Source: Veleropilina oligotropha (lineage: Eukaryota). Taken from it: 64,000 nucleotides of DNA. The notes under the pieces are model-generated. The model searched no databases. It saw only the letters and a list, made by a program, of their open reading frames with translations, and had not been told where the DNA came from. Of this stretch, positions 24,900 to 37,619 are shown piece after piece. The stretch is taken from contig JBEUKZ010000092.1 of assembly GCA_048128005.1 (NCBI GenBank), forward strand, positions 248,001 through 312,000, in the 5' to 3' direction. The translations under genes and the position numbers were made by a program. Position 1 is the stretch's first letter, and each line of letters opens with the position of its first letter.

Positions 24900-25069
24900 C
24901 ATTAAATATTGCAGTATTTATACACCTGGGTAAGTAGTGCTCACCCGTGACAAGCATGCACCACACCGGCCTGCGACAAAAAAATGCATTAAATATTGCA
25001 GTATATATACACACCTGGGTAAGTAGTGCTCACTCGTGACAAGCATGAACCACAACGGCCTGCGACAAA
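24900..25069. repeat. Two-copy ~85-bp direct repeat
   Basis: ATTAAATATTGCAGTAT...CACCTGGGTAAGTAGTGCTCAC...GGCCTGCGACAAA occurs twice in tandem. Confidence 0.8.
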
Positions 25070-25627
25070 TTCGTGCGTGAATGAAGCATATCAAACTTTT
25101 TATTTGAGAGCTAATGAAAAAAATGACTTAAATGAAAGTTAAAGAGTCACAAGTTGATGGGATATAATAAATATTATCAAACCTAATAACCAGTAACTAC
25201 ACAACAATTAAAAATAACACAAAGTGAATCCATGAATACATAAAATAACCCCATTACGCAACTCGAAAATGGGTTAAAAAATTAGCAGCAATTTGTTTGC
25301 AAAATACTTCCAGTTTAAAATATGAAACAGCCGAGCTATGTAGAAACTAATGGTTTATAAAACGCTTCATAGTTAATGTTACCGAGTTGCGAATGGTTAA
25401 AGAAAACACGCTCCATGTTGCAAGCAGATTGTTTCCAAATATCATTTAAATAGCATTAGCACTTAGGATGTGCATCAGATTTTACCAAATACTTCACTTG
25501 TTATTAAATTTTAGAATCCCATTTTATTTCTAGACCAATGAGAAAGTATTATTTATCATCAATTATTATCGAAGGCGGCGCTCTGCAAGATATTTTGTTT
25601 ACGATCCCTTACCAATTATTAGAAATA

Positions 25628-26065
25628 CTAGCATTGGTACCCGTCTTCGACGGGTAAGTCCCCCCACCCCAAATTTTTTTTTTTTTTTTTTGGATAGTGC
25701 TCCCTTAAATTTTTTTTTTTTTCCCGAATTTTCCGAATTTTTTTCGTGGTAAACCTTCCTTGGGGGACCCCGATTAACCCCCCAAAGTTTGAAGGTCCTA
25801 GGTCAAAGCGTCTGGGAGGAGTTCAACTTGAAACAGACAGACAGACACGCACACATAAAATTATAGCTCCATTATATGAAAAGATATAATAAATTTTTTT
25901 TTTTTCCCGAATTTTCCGAATTTTTTTCGTGGTAAACCTTCCTTGGGGGACCCCGATTAACCCCCCAAAGTTTGAAGGTCCTAGGTCAAAGCGTCTGGGA
26001 GGAGTTCAACTTGAAACAGACAGACAGACAGACACACATACAATTATAGCTCCATTATATTAAGA
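25628..26065 (-). mobile_element. Non-autonomous Helitron (2 internal ~180-bp units)
   Basis: On the minus strand: A|TCTTAATATAATGGAGC 5' end; TACCCGTCGAAGACGGGTA hairpin then CTAG|T 3' end; no TSD. Confidence 0.85.
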
Positions 26066-26144
26066 TGGGTGAAAGATCAAAACTTTTTTAGATAATGAAC
26101 GATTGCAAACTATAATGTAGTGAACACTAATGTGGAGGAATGTT

Positions 26145-26390
26145 GCTTAATGTCCTGTATATTTACAACATCGAGGTTCAAGGCAGGACATGTCCGTGTT
26201 ATCGTGGGAGGAAACCCCAGTCACACGGGTAAACCCGCCCTCTTCGGCCAGTCACGGACAACTGTGATTCATAACTTGAACAAATTTCAATGCCTCAGCC
26301 AGGTATTGAACACACTACTGTTCGCATTAGCGGAATCAAGCCAGTGAATTTAGAGTGGACACTCTACCCACTGCTCTTCCGAAGCGGCCG
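26145..26390 (-). mobile_element. SINE (same family as 15082-15320)
   Basis: Reverse complement shares the CACAGTTGTCCGTGACTGGCCGAAGAGGG core, GGTTTCCTCCCA and the 3' end. Confidence 0.6.
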
Positions 26391-27114
26391 TGAACACTAA
26401 TGTAGCATACAAGAGCATACTAGCATACCAACTAGGGTTAGACAACAAAAACCTGGGGTTTTACAACCCCCACCCCCCCGGAACAGGGGTTGGGTTGCCC
26501 CGGGGGTACGGCAGCCACACCCTAAAAAATACCCACCCCCGGGGAAACGCCCAAAACAGGGGGTTAGGGTTATCGCCCCTGTTTTGGTAGTCAAGAAACA
26601 TACATACTACTAGTATGGAGCAAAAACTGAAAGCTTTGAAATGTGATTATACCATCGTATGTTGAACATATCCTCAACCAAATAAGAAATGCGTGCCTCA
26701 CTTTTATATACTTTTAATACTAACAATTTGTGAAAAATTAATGCAAGAAAACATTTCTCAGACATGTTTTCGGCCATGTAATTTGTTTGCTTGTTTATTT
26801 GTCTGTCTGTTAACAGGATATCTCAAAAGTTGCGGACAGATTTTACGACATTTCATACTGATCGACCTTGAGCCAATATCCAATCGATAGATTTTATTGG
26901 TTTTCCGGATCTGGATAAGGATGCGTGGACGTCGTATCCGGATTTGGGATTTTCTGAGCTAATCGGAAACCAATTCGTCGTAGAGGATGGCAATGGCGGA
27001 CGTTTGATATCTTTGATTGTTAACGAATTAAATGAAAGGCAGTTCAATAATGAAGAAAATAAATTAGTGTCTAATAAAAATTTTCTTGTATTAAAATTTT
27101 ACAAATTGTTAACC

Positions 27115-27340
27115 TAATATTGAAATTTTTGGACATGTAATGAGACACGATGATACAGAGAAAGAACTTTGCCATGGTAAAGTTGAGGGTATGAGAGGAA
27201 AAGGATGACAAACACTACCACGGAGTGAAAATTTTCGAGAGTGGATAGAAGACCAAGTGGCATGGATATCTATGGCAGTCAATCTTTTCGATGAAGAAGA
27301 CGAAGAAATGCAAGGTCGTCCGTCATCAAGGTGTATGAGA
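27115..27340 (+). mobile_element. RTE-clade LINE 3' fragment
   Basis: LKFFGHVMRHDDTEKEL..GKVEGMRGKG resembles the RTE ORF C-terminus (GHV.R...GK.EG.R.RG). Confidence 0.6.
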
Positions 27341-27377
27341 AAAACTGCTTTTCTGAAATTTGTTTCCTGAGTTGGAC

Positions 27378-28328
27378 TTAAAACTGCATTTTTTTGCAAG
27401 CAGACCAAATTAATCGGATTGTCTTCTTCAGCTCCTTATTTGTGTAGATGTAAATAACTGGGTTCAATATACTGTTGAATTCCACAAGAATTATCCATAC
27501 TTTTGGTCCCAATAAAACATTCAGACCGGTTCTCTGATCTGGGCTTAGCGTTGCGTCGTAAATAGCCAAAATGTAGTGCGGAGTGTAGCAAACGACAAAC
27601 GCAAGAATAACCGACAGGACGGTGATGGTTGCCTTTAGATTTCTGCTATATCTGAGATCTTGTGCATGCGTTTCGGTTTCGGAAATTGCATTAATATGTG
27701 TCCGGGCAATGTTGAGGGTTCGTCCCGCAGCCAAGATAATTATACAAAGAGATGGAAAAAACGCTACAATCGAGATCCATCCGTCGATTAGGCCACCGCC
27801 GAATCTTTCTGTACACCTCCTAAAGAACCGAATTTCGCCGATCTTTGATCCGATGGCTAGAATCGTGGTTATAATGCAACAGATGAACACAGCAACCTTC
27901 ATCCTTTCCGGTGTGATGTGCTGTTCGTATTGCAATGAAAATTCCAGCGAAAACCATCTTTCGGTTGCTAAAAGTGACGTCAGAAACATTGACGCAAACA
28001 GAACTAATCGCATTACCGCGAATAGGAAAATACATCCAGCTAATCCAAGTGATGGCATGTCGTATTTTGTTGCCGACCGCATTAATACCATACATCCCGC
28101 GACAGCGTCCGTTGCCGCTAAGCTATAGAGTATATACTTCACCTGTAGTCGCAACAAAACGCATCTCCGGAGAGCGAACAGACAAAACACGTTGAGGAGA
28201 ATCATAAATGGTCCCATGACGAAACCACTGATGGCGATGATGGCGTTATAAGTTGCGTCCCCAGTGGAGTTAAATGCTGTCGGTGAGGAGAAGTTTCTAA
28301 TGCCGCCATCTGGAATAGATGAATTCAT
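27378..28328 (-). CDS. Intronless rhodopsin-like (class A) G protein-coupled receptor, orphan, 316 aa
   Basis: Intact ORF with seven hydrophobic segments. N-terminal N-glycosylation sequons (NSS, NFS, NST); TM1 N; TM2 SLAATD; TM3 Cys and ERW (DRY variant); TM6 FVVCYTP; TM7 NSILNPVIY; helix 8. Confidence 0.92.
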   Translation of the reverse strand: MNSSIPDGGIRNFSSPTAFNSTGDATYNAIIAISGFVMGPFMILLNVFCLFALRRCVLLRLQVKYILYSLAATDAVAGCMVLMRSATKYDMPSLGLAGCIFLFAVMRLVLFASMFLTSLLATERWFSLEFSLQYEQHITPERMKVAVFICCIITTILAIGSKIGEIRFFRRCTERFGGGLIDGWISIVAFFPSLCIIILAAGRTLNIARTHINAISETETHAQDLRYSRNLKATITVLSVILAFVVCYTPHYILAIYDATLSPDQRTGLNVLLGPKVWIILVEFNSILNPVIYIYTNKELKKTIRLIWSACKKMQF

Positions 28329-28362
28329 GTTATGAACTTAATCATGTATATTAATGACATAA

Positions 28363-29004
28363 AGCCCGCCGCCACAAAAATCACAGGTGTGCGGCGTCCA
28401 TACGACGACGATTTTTGTGAATTGTGAACAAAATACAATATCAAGCATGTTTGATATTGAAGACAAAAGTAACTTCTAACAGACAAAAGTTGCCCGTTCA
28501 CACGGGCAACTTTAGAAGTTACTTTCAAGTGCTTACTCAAAATAGCGCCTACGGTAAAATAATATGAACATGGAGAATAGTCGCCCTATAATAAATATAT
28601 TATTGTTATCCATGTTAGATGCTTTCACGCACGTTTGTTGTCTGATTCTTAATGTAGAGCACAATCATCCTCGAAAGCTCATGAACGAAGTATCAATCTG
28701 ATTTAAATCGGAAATATGACTTAGGTCTTCATCACGGAACTCTTTCACTAGATTGGGCTATTAAACTTTGTGTTCCCTCAGCATTAACCAATTTCCTTTT
28801 ACACTGCCGTATTGTGCAACATCGCCGTAGGCACAGTTACAATGACACTCTTAAGACGATATTATTTATTTTCTATGTATTTATAATTTATTTTATGGAG
28901 CAGCATTTTGTCGCTTGCGACGAAAGTTTCCTGTGTGCGGACTTATCGCTTACGACAAAAATTGCTCGTCGCAAACGATAAAACTTGCCTGAGTGCGGCG
29001 GGCT
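28363..29004. mobile_element. Putative PIF/Harbinger-like MITE
   Basis: 10-bp TIR AGCCCGCCGC / GCGGCGGGCT; flanks TAA / ATA (imperfect). Confidence 0.45.
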
Positions 29005-30306
29005 ATAGTGCCAGCACCCGGTCAGTTTTGCACAACTGTGACAGATAATTGAATGCAGTGATTCAAACTCATTTATGTTAATCAGAACAGTCAAGCCAGT
29101 GAAAGAATAATGTTAACAAACGTGAAATCTGAAATTTAAGACACTGTCCAATTTCACAGATTGGGTGGTTAAATTTATACAACAGCAACGCGGGCTATTA
29201 TTGACGGAAGATTAAACCATTAACACTATCTTTGTGAATATATTAACATACTTTAGAATGCAGAATTATCTCTTCTAATTCAAATGAGTTTGAGACTATA
29301 ATTATGTAATGTCCTCTTTCTTGGTCATGTTCAGGTATCTAAACCCTTAATGACAGAGGTCTGTGTCATAAGTCACATGACATAGCGGAGGTTCTCAAAA
29401 CTACCATAGCTTACATTTGAACATAATTTTTTTGTATTTATTGAAATTTCATGATTCTATATTCTACTCTGAGCTTTCTTTTTTCGCATACCGGTAGCTG
29501 ATACGTTTAACCTCCCCCAACACACAAAAATGGGATTCTAAGGGAATTGGGGCAACTGATCCCTCAAATATTTGGTTAGTTTAATCATTGCTATAATACT
29601 CCATCTTACTGTTCTAGTTTTACAAAGTTTAGTCCATAAAGCTTATTGGGTAAATAAACCACACTTGGGGGACGGGGGAGGGCTTTTGGTGGGATCTGAT
29701 CTGGGGTTTTTAATCGACTATCGTACTAATATGTTCTGACAAATTTTGGTTTATGAATATGAATATGAGGTAAATACAACCCCCCCGGGGCATTTTTATG
29801 GGGGAGGGGTAAGGTGGTAAAACCCACCACCAAGGGCCAATCAGGGACCAGTTAGTAATCGAGGTGTCCTAAATCAGTGGTCAAACCTTCTGGGTAGCAT
29901 GGAGTGAAATCATCCGTCACCAGCTCCCAGACTAATATAAAAGCGGCGGAGAGTGTTCAAAGATGGATAACTTTGTTAGTACATAGTATCGTCACATACA
30001 CAAGAACTGGAAATTATAAACCTACAATATAGAAGATTGCGTACGAATAGGATCTAAGCATACACATTCCTTTATCGTGCGTACCATGGGATATCTGATA
30101 TCATAGCCTGTCTCATAGTATTATACGGTTTATGTATGGCAATTCCAATTGGCTTTGCAGTAGTCATTGCATTGTACCCCCAGACGACACGCCAATTATA
30201 CCACACTGCGACCAACAGCGGTAGATTATATTTTAGCGAAATTAAGTCTCTGTGATAGTTTGAACCAGATTTATATCTCTATGCTGATACAAATACATTT
30301 ATATAA

Positions 30307-30562
30307 GGAACTGATCATTTATTTATAAGGGGCGTAATTAAAACGACACAGGATTAGGGGTGGGCTATGAACAAACAGAGTGTGGGGAGGCGGGGGGGGG
30401 GGGGGGGTCATTGAAAAATTAAACATTTTTTTTATAATCTAAAAAGCTTTAAAGCTTTAAAGTCATGAAAGCAATGCAGCAGATTTGGGAGTTGGTCATC
30501 ATTATTTGACGCAGCCAATAGTCTAATCCACCGGTCCACCCCTTTAGTAATTTACCAGTCCC
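30307..30562. mobile_element. PIF/Harbinger-like MITE
   Basis: TAA|GGAACTGATCATT ... TTTACCAGTCCC|TAA. A related end ATGATCAGTCCC|TAA is at 35319-35333. Confidence 0.6.
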
Positions 30563-31251
30563 TAAGGAGACTACACCAATATGCTTTGGCGTAACACACT
30601 ATTTAATGATGTTAATAAATGATACATAGTAACATTTATTGTCCTTGTTAATACACAATGAACAATACCTATACAACAATTCTGTCAAATAGAAGTATGT
30701 CTCTTTGTTTGATGGAAGCTCTTCGCTCCTTAATATATATTTAAAACATTATTTATTGTACCACATTCTCTTATCTTGATGTGTTGGAAAATTATAAATG
30801 AATCAGGAAAGGTGTTGAAATAGACTTTGCATGTTTATCTTACAATAAGATAATTAATAACGTTTAAACCAAATCACGTCTCTGTGGGCGACATTAATTG
30901 TATGTCAACAAACAGCTATTTGTTGCCATGACAACGTTAAGCACAAATGCGAGTCAACTCGTCCAACCTTCATCGTTTTCACACAAAAGTCGTGTTTACA
31001 TTCATCTGATTTTGCGGCAACGGTAAAGTTGGCTGCACATATATCTGTAAAGTACGAAATCCCAGAAGGATCATTCGACATTCGAGATTCGAAATTCGAG
31101 ATTCAATATCTGAAATTCAAGATTTTACCAATAATCGAACGAGAGGAATATGATATTTTTAAATAATGCTGTGGTGAGGTCCAGTTGTCTGTTAGGCAAT
31201 TGCAATTTATATGTTTATATTTATATTTTCTATGACATCACTTTCTATGCT

Positions 31252-31450
31252 GACCGGCTGCCCGGTGACCGAGTGGATATAGCGGACTGCTCCAAATTTA
31301 CTTGACCTCTCTGCTATATCGTCGATATTGTGTGTTCGAATCCTCTCGAATGCAATGCTTACGTTATCTGACACAGTTGTCCATAACTGAGCAGTACAGG
31401 TGGGTTTCATCGGTTATTCCACGCTCTCTTCCCACCACAATATGGACATG
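31252..31450 (+). mobile_element. tRNA-derived SINE
   Basis: A-box TGACCGAGTGG, B-box GTTCGAATCC, then ACACAGTTGTCC core shared with the 15082 family. Confidence 0.55.
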
Positions 31451-32782
31451 TTTCGAAAAGATGCGAAATGGGATAAAAATAAAATCTCATGCACTCACTC
31501 TCTCAATCCTATGCCGACCAATGTCACATTCCAGGTGGCAGAGGTTAGATTATTTCTACTCTGGAAGGATAACGTAAAACTGTGTCGCGATTCTGACTAC
31601 AAAATCGCAGAGATGTAACCATGACCAGAAAATGTACAATGATCGTTGGTTTAATACGTTTGATGATATTGTCTAAATTAATATGATCATTGTCAGCATT
31701 TCAAGAGGCATTGGCGTGGGTGGGGTGGTGTCTTCAGTGGTAGGCGTAATGATGCTAGACTACGATGGTATATTTCCTGTGTTCGATTCACGTACAGGTG
31801 TTCAAAAGATTTCTTACTATATAAGTTCCGCATCCGCATTGCAGGCGTATAGCAGGCGTATACAAAGGCATATCACGTGACGGCTTCGCAGTAGCTTTCC
31901 CATGACCTCGTTTGACATCCAACACAAGGCGAAACAACGCTGCGCGATTGGTTCCAACAATTAAGGATTAAGAATTATCGCCAAATAATTATCAACATAC
32001 TGGTATAATCACAGTTTGTGAACCACAAGGCTGTGATAAATGCATGGTGTAATTCCCAAATTCATCCAAATTCACTTATTATTATAAGTCTTTAAACATA
32101 TTACATGTTTATAGACATAAATAAATAATGCAACTAATGGCGGAATGCATTTGATAATATATTAATAGTTAATAAATAATGATTAATAGCACTACACAAA
32201 GTATCGATAGTAATAGTACTAATAAGGGACAAATAAAATAAATATTCCCGTACCGGTAATGCTATGGATTCACAAACCGATCCCTTCCATTTGAATGGCG
32301 TGCTGCAGGTCCCATCAAAAACACCCGCATTGTTCAAAATTAAAACAAGAACGACGCGTTCGAAATATGTCTTGACCTTTCTTTATTTCCCTCAAATTTT
32401 CATAACAGTTAATTAATACAATGGCTAAGTGCAAGTACTTCATGGCTTAATTTACTACCCCGTCGATTGTGACGTCACCAAATGACGATTAATCTAAAGC
32501 GACGTCGTAATGACGTCATTGCTATTTGCTTGCAATATTAGACATCAGTTATATACAAATATGGATAAAAGTGCTCAATAAATGCATATTTTTTGCAAAA
32601 TTGTGTCGCGAAAGTTATATACACGACCTACAAATACTCTTGGGAATGTGTGTACCAATTCTGGTGAAAATTGAGCGGGTAGTTTTCAAATAAATCGACG
32701 GATATATATATATATATATAAGTATATAAGTATATAAGTATATAAGTATATAAGTATATAAGTATATAAGTATATAATATAA

Positions 32783-34200
32783 GTTGTTTTCCGATCACGA
32801 GGGGGACATCGGTGATTGTATTCCGCCTGACGTTGTACCCCGAAGCGCGTAGCGCTGAGGGGTACAACTTCAGGAAGGAATACAATCACCGATGTCACCC
32901 GAGTGATCGGAAGACAACGATTTTATCTTACTTTCAAATGAAATAAATGGTCTGAATATTGGCAGTAGTTAATACGAACCAACCCATCTCTATTTTCCGT
33001 CAAAACATATTGCAAACATGTGACGTCACGTTGTTTCCTACATACTTGCATTTGGGAATAAATAAACACTGTTTAACAATAATTAAACTTTTAATATTTA
33101 AATGACAAAATTAACAAGAAATCTTAATATAATGGAGCTATAATTGTATGTGTGTCTGTTTCAAGTTGTACTCCTCCCAGACGCTTTGACCTAGGACCTT
33201 CAAACTTTGGGGGGTTAATCGGGGTCCCCAAGGAAGGTTTACCACGAAAAAAATTCGGAAAATTCGGGAAAAAAAAAAAAAATTGCTATATATCTTCATA
33301 TAATTCGGGAAAAGTATGTGTGTGTGTCTGTCTGTTTCAAGTTGAACTCCTCCCAGACGCTTTGACCTAGGACCTTCAAACTTTGGGGGGTTAATCGGGG
33401 TCCCCCAAGGAAGGTTTACCACGAAAAAAATTCGGAAAATTCGGGAAAAAAAAAAACAATTGCTATATATCTTCATATAATTCGGGAAAAGTATGTGTGT
33501 GTGTCTGTCTGTCTGTTTCAAGTTGAACTCCTCCCAGACGCTTTGACCTAGGACCTTCAAACTTTGGGGGGTTAATCGGGGTCCCCCAAGGAAGGTTTAC
33601 CACGAAAAAAATTCGGAAAATTCGGGAAAAAAAAAAAAAATTTAAGGGAGCACTATCCAAAAAAAAAAAAAAAAAAAATGGGGGTGGGGGGACTTACCCG
33701 GCGAAGACGGGTACCATTGCTAGTATAAATAATGAACCTTAAATTAAAAAAAACAACAACGATAAATTGTCACGATAAAATTGTCCCAGTATATCCGCTA
33801 GCCTTACTTGATCGAACTTTTAGAAATCCCTGTGTAATTTTTTTCCTGTAGATATTCTCTAAATAAAACTGCTGCACATGTGTTGGATTTCTTTATATTC
33901 CTCGGAATATTGTTTTCTTTCTTCTTGTTTATACCCTATCTTCTTGTGTGTTATTGCCAAATCGATTAGATGCCATTTGTAAACATACGCAGACGTCAAA
34001 TCTTAATTTTAGTCGGGCATGGTTATCTCCCCTATATCATGCAATCGACCGAAAACGTCATTGGGATAAGCTTGAAAATCACACGGTGTACAATGCCGCC
34101 ATTGTTTTCAGTTGTACACCGTCTAATCCCGTGCACACCGTGGATTGGCAACGGACAAACAACCAATGAAAATCGAGTATTTTAATAGAAAGTAAGATAA
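32783..34200 (-). mobile_element. Non-autonomous hairpin-tailed (Crypton-like) element
   Basis: 136-bp hairpin 32783-32918; perfect 13-bp IR TTATCTTACTTTC (32923-32935) / GAAAGTAAGATAA (34188-34200). Confidence 0.7.
33122..33723 (+). mobile_element. Non-autonomous Helitron (3 internal ~180-bp units), same family as 25628-26065
   Basis: A|TC 5' end; TACCCGGCGAAGACGGGTA hairpin; CTAG|T 3' end. Confidence 0.85.
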
Positions 34201-34645
34201 TATATGTATATACACACGGACCATTTGATAATGTCTTGTCCTTTTTTACAAAAAAGTCAAGACATAAAAATAAGGTCACACCTTCTTCGTAGTCATTAAA
34301 CATTGCCGTCAGGATACACTGTCGTCACAATATATATTAACTTGCAATAGTGAACTTGTCGTATTATATTTCATTGCATGTAACAGTATAATTTGATATA
34401 AAATAATTTGACTAAAAATGTGTGTGTGTGCGAGGGGCAAATATACTGCTGGCCCCGGCTCCACAAACAAATACGCCTATGGCAATGATTTTAGTGTCTC
34501 TCATTTTTTCATTTCAAAAGTACCTCAGGGTTTTTGTGTAAGTATCTAGATAATACATCTAGTTAGCGGCATACATTATCTAATTATCTAAAGACCACGT
34601 ACATAATTAAAGGAATCACGTACGATTCACGCATCTAGCAATTAA

Positions 34646-35091
34646 ATAGACTATTGCCCGTAAATTCGCGAGTTGTCTCTGGCACGAGTTGTCCTGACTC
34701 CCTCGATCGCATGGCTCGCGCAGATTGATATAAATTCCGCGAAGATATGATCGATATATGATCAAATGATAGACTTTTATTGAAATTATTATTGTAACTG
34801 GGGAATATATGTTATTGTCAATCATAAATTAAGCTATCTTACTTGACGAGCAGAACAACGCAACTGTGCTCCAACTAGGTCAATTGGAAATGAACGCGGT
34901 GCGAGGTAATTAAGCGCGGACCGCGTTTTTATTATTTTTAAATATTCAGTAACGATTAATTTAAACGGTAGTAAATTACTGACGAAAGTTGAGTGTTGAA
35001 AATTCCTAACTTTTTATGTTATAAACAAAAAGTGTAATGCTGTTAGTTTTATTTTTATAAAGAAAGAGCGCATTTACGTGCAATAATCTCT
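34646..35091. mobile_element. Kolobok-like MITE
   Basis: TTAA|ATAGACTATTGCCCGTAAAT ... ATTTACGTGCAATAATCTCT|TTAA. Confidence 0.75.
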
Positions 35092-36057
35092 TTAATGTTC
35101 AAGTCTATATAATCAAACCTTCTGGGTTTTTTTATTTTCTTCAAATTGGTTTCAAAATCGTTGTGTAATTTTTTCATGACACGTTATCGCCCCCCCCCCC
35201 CTTCCCCCACAAACAATGTGTATTTTTTCATGGCCCACACCTAAAGCCTGTGTCATTTTTTCATGACCCATCCCTCAATCCTACCCCACCCCCCCCACCC
35301 CACCCACCTCTATAATAAATGATCAGTCCCTAAGATATGTATCGAAAGTGGAAGTGACACAATGGCGGCGAATTACATTCAGATCACCGTTCGCGGTGTT
35401 CATGAATATTCATTTATATTTACGAATAATTATGTTAGGTTCCTCTTGATTGGTTACTTTGGATATTGAATCTCGAATTTCGAATTACGTATCTCGAATT
35501 TCGAATCTCGAATGTAAAGGCGTCCGTTAAAACTGATGCGATTATCATCAATGAGTACGATATGTTGGGAAATATCAACGATTGAACGATATCTCGTGTA
35601 TCCAGTTGGACGTTGTATATGATCGTCTCTCAAATCAATGAAGTGCAATACCCGGGCATAATACACATGCGCATAATACACATTTTTAATTGTTGTCTAT
35701 ATTTTAAATTCATGTTCCCATGCAGTGTCTTCTCCTCCGTATAGGCACACAAGCAGAATTATATGCCAACAGCGCCATTATGACATCATCGTCTCTAGAT
35801 GGCATCATGGCAAAAAGGTTTGTCGGCACGCGTTTAGCAGTTAATATAAGGCTAAATTATTTTCAGCCTGCAATTTCTTCCTTAATGTGGACGAATTTAG
35901 GTCGTCGGTTTACTAAAATTTGTGGTAAAATAACTTCAAATAACATTTTAATCTTGAAGGATGACATATTTCCAAACACTCGATGGGGAATGAATGGACA
36001 CTGTCTATTAATCACGACAATTTTCGTATGTATATTTCTTTTATTTTATTTCCAGAA

Positions 36058-36351
36058 TTATCTTACGCATGCAGCCTACATGCATCATTATCATACACAT
36101 GCAGCCTACATGCATCGTTATCTTACGCATGCAGCCTACATGCATCATTATATTACGCATGCAGCCTACATGCATCATTATCTTACGCATGCAGCCTACA
36201 TGCATCATTATCCTACGCATGCAGCCTACATGCATCATTATCTTATGCATGCAGCCTACATGCATCATTATCTTACGTATGCAACCTACATGCATCATTA
36301 TCTTACGCATGCAGCCTACATGCAACATTATCTTACGCATGCAGCCTACAT
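36058..36351. repeat. 30-bp minisatellite, ~10 copies
   Basis: Unit TCTTACGCATGCAGCCTACATGCATCATTA in direct tandem. Confidence 0.95.
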
Positions 36352-36574
36352 AATCAACTGATCAAACTAAAATTAATATAAATTAGTAAAAATGAAGATA
36401 ATTTACAAAAATGCATTTGAAGGCTCATATTGAGGATTTCCACCTCTGTTAACGGACCATTATCGAACATGTCCGAAAATTGAAATCGTCGCATCCGTAA
36501 AACAAATGCAACGGACATATAATGTGTGATGGCAATGATGTCATTTCGGGTTCGAAACCATCGACATGCGGATG

Positions 36575-36740
36575 CGATTTCAGGATGCCCCTCTGGTATC
36601 ATGGCCCGTTTAGGTTGCCATGGACAGTCACCAGATCCAACTTGTAATCGTTGGTTACGCATTCCCAGATCACCACTGAGCCGCCGCTGAATAGAACGGT
36701 CTTATGGATATTCTTGGTGGCGTAGGCGGTATTTTGTATG
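36575..36740 (-). mobile_element. Tc1 transposase fragment (near-duplicate of 40690-40850)
   Basis: NTAYATKNIHKTVLFSGGSVV...VHGNLNG is nearly identical to part of the 40542-41246 ORF. Confidence 0.8.
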
Positions 36741-37619
36741 GCGTGTCTTTTTAGAAATGCAAGAAGTTCGATCCCAAAACCCTGAGGTACATTCATGCTA
36801 AATCGGGATAATCCGATGCATGCATGCAGTTTGCTGGTATGGTCACGTAAATTCCATCAGCCATCGTGATACACGAGTGTCGGCAAAATCAACAAATTTT
36901 GACGTACCATATGTACTCATTATCTATACCTACTGGTTAATTACTAAGCGTCCGGTCTCTGTTCCCCTTTAGGTGCTTTCTATAATTGTTCCTCGATCGG
37001 GATTAGCTCTCTCGTTGCTTTCTGTTATATTATCTTGGCATACATAGACGGAATCAGAAAGAAACATACAAATATTTACTGACTTATTTTGAATACCTTA
37101 ATCTCTATGAAGCAATTTAGGAAATGGGTCATTCTTCAGTAAATCCACAATTTTCGTTGCAAATAATTTGAATTTAACCATCATGTATTTGTTAGATATT
37201 TATACACTATAAGGAAGGGCATATACTTAGAGATTAAATTCAATATTAGGCCGCGACCAACTCGACCTTTTTTTACCTGTCACAAATTATATACAGTGTC
37301 AGCATACACTGTCATCTACGTCACATGCTATTCAACCGAGAATGAAAGCATAATAAAAGTTTAAATCATTACTTCAGAATTATAAAAATATCATGCCGAT
37401 ATATCGTAACGAATGTACATTGTATATTACCACTTATCGATATATTGGTAGCGTGTTAGACTGATTGAGTCACCTACGTCACGATGTGGATGGTTGAATA
37501 AATGACGTAGATGACTGTGACGGAGATGACGACATTATTGATTATTTTCACATGGCTTGTTTACGGTGTGATTTGTGGACGCAAGGACCTGCTCAACTAA
37601 CCAGAATTTCATGCTTTAT

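Larger units (their letters stand above)
32340..34272 (-). mobile_element. HINE-type element (copy of 12296-14716) hosting a hairpin element and a Helitron
   Basis: Both ends are reverse complements of the ends of the 12296-14716 copy; the insertions sit in its TA microsatellite. Confidence 0.75.

Noticed and set aside
27622..28195. Overlapping antisense and alternate-frame ORFs on the GPCR and on LINE ORFs
   Set aside because: Shadow ORFs of real coding sequence; no motifs of their own.
35720..36381. His-rich ORF (THAAYMHHYL)n as a metal-binding protein
   Set aside because: 30-bp minisatellite open in several frames on both strands; no signal peptide or clear gene context. A coding exon cannot be fully excluded without RNA data.
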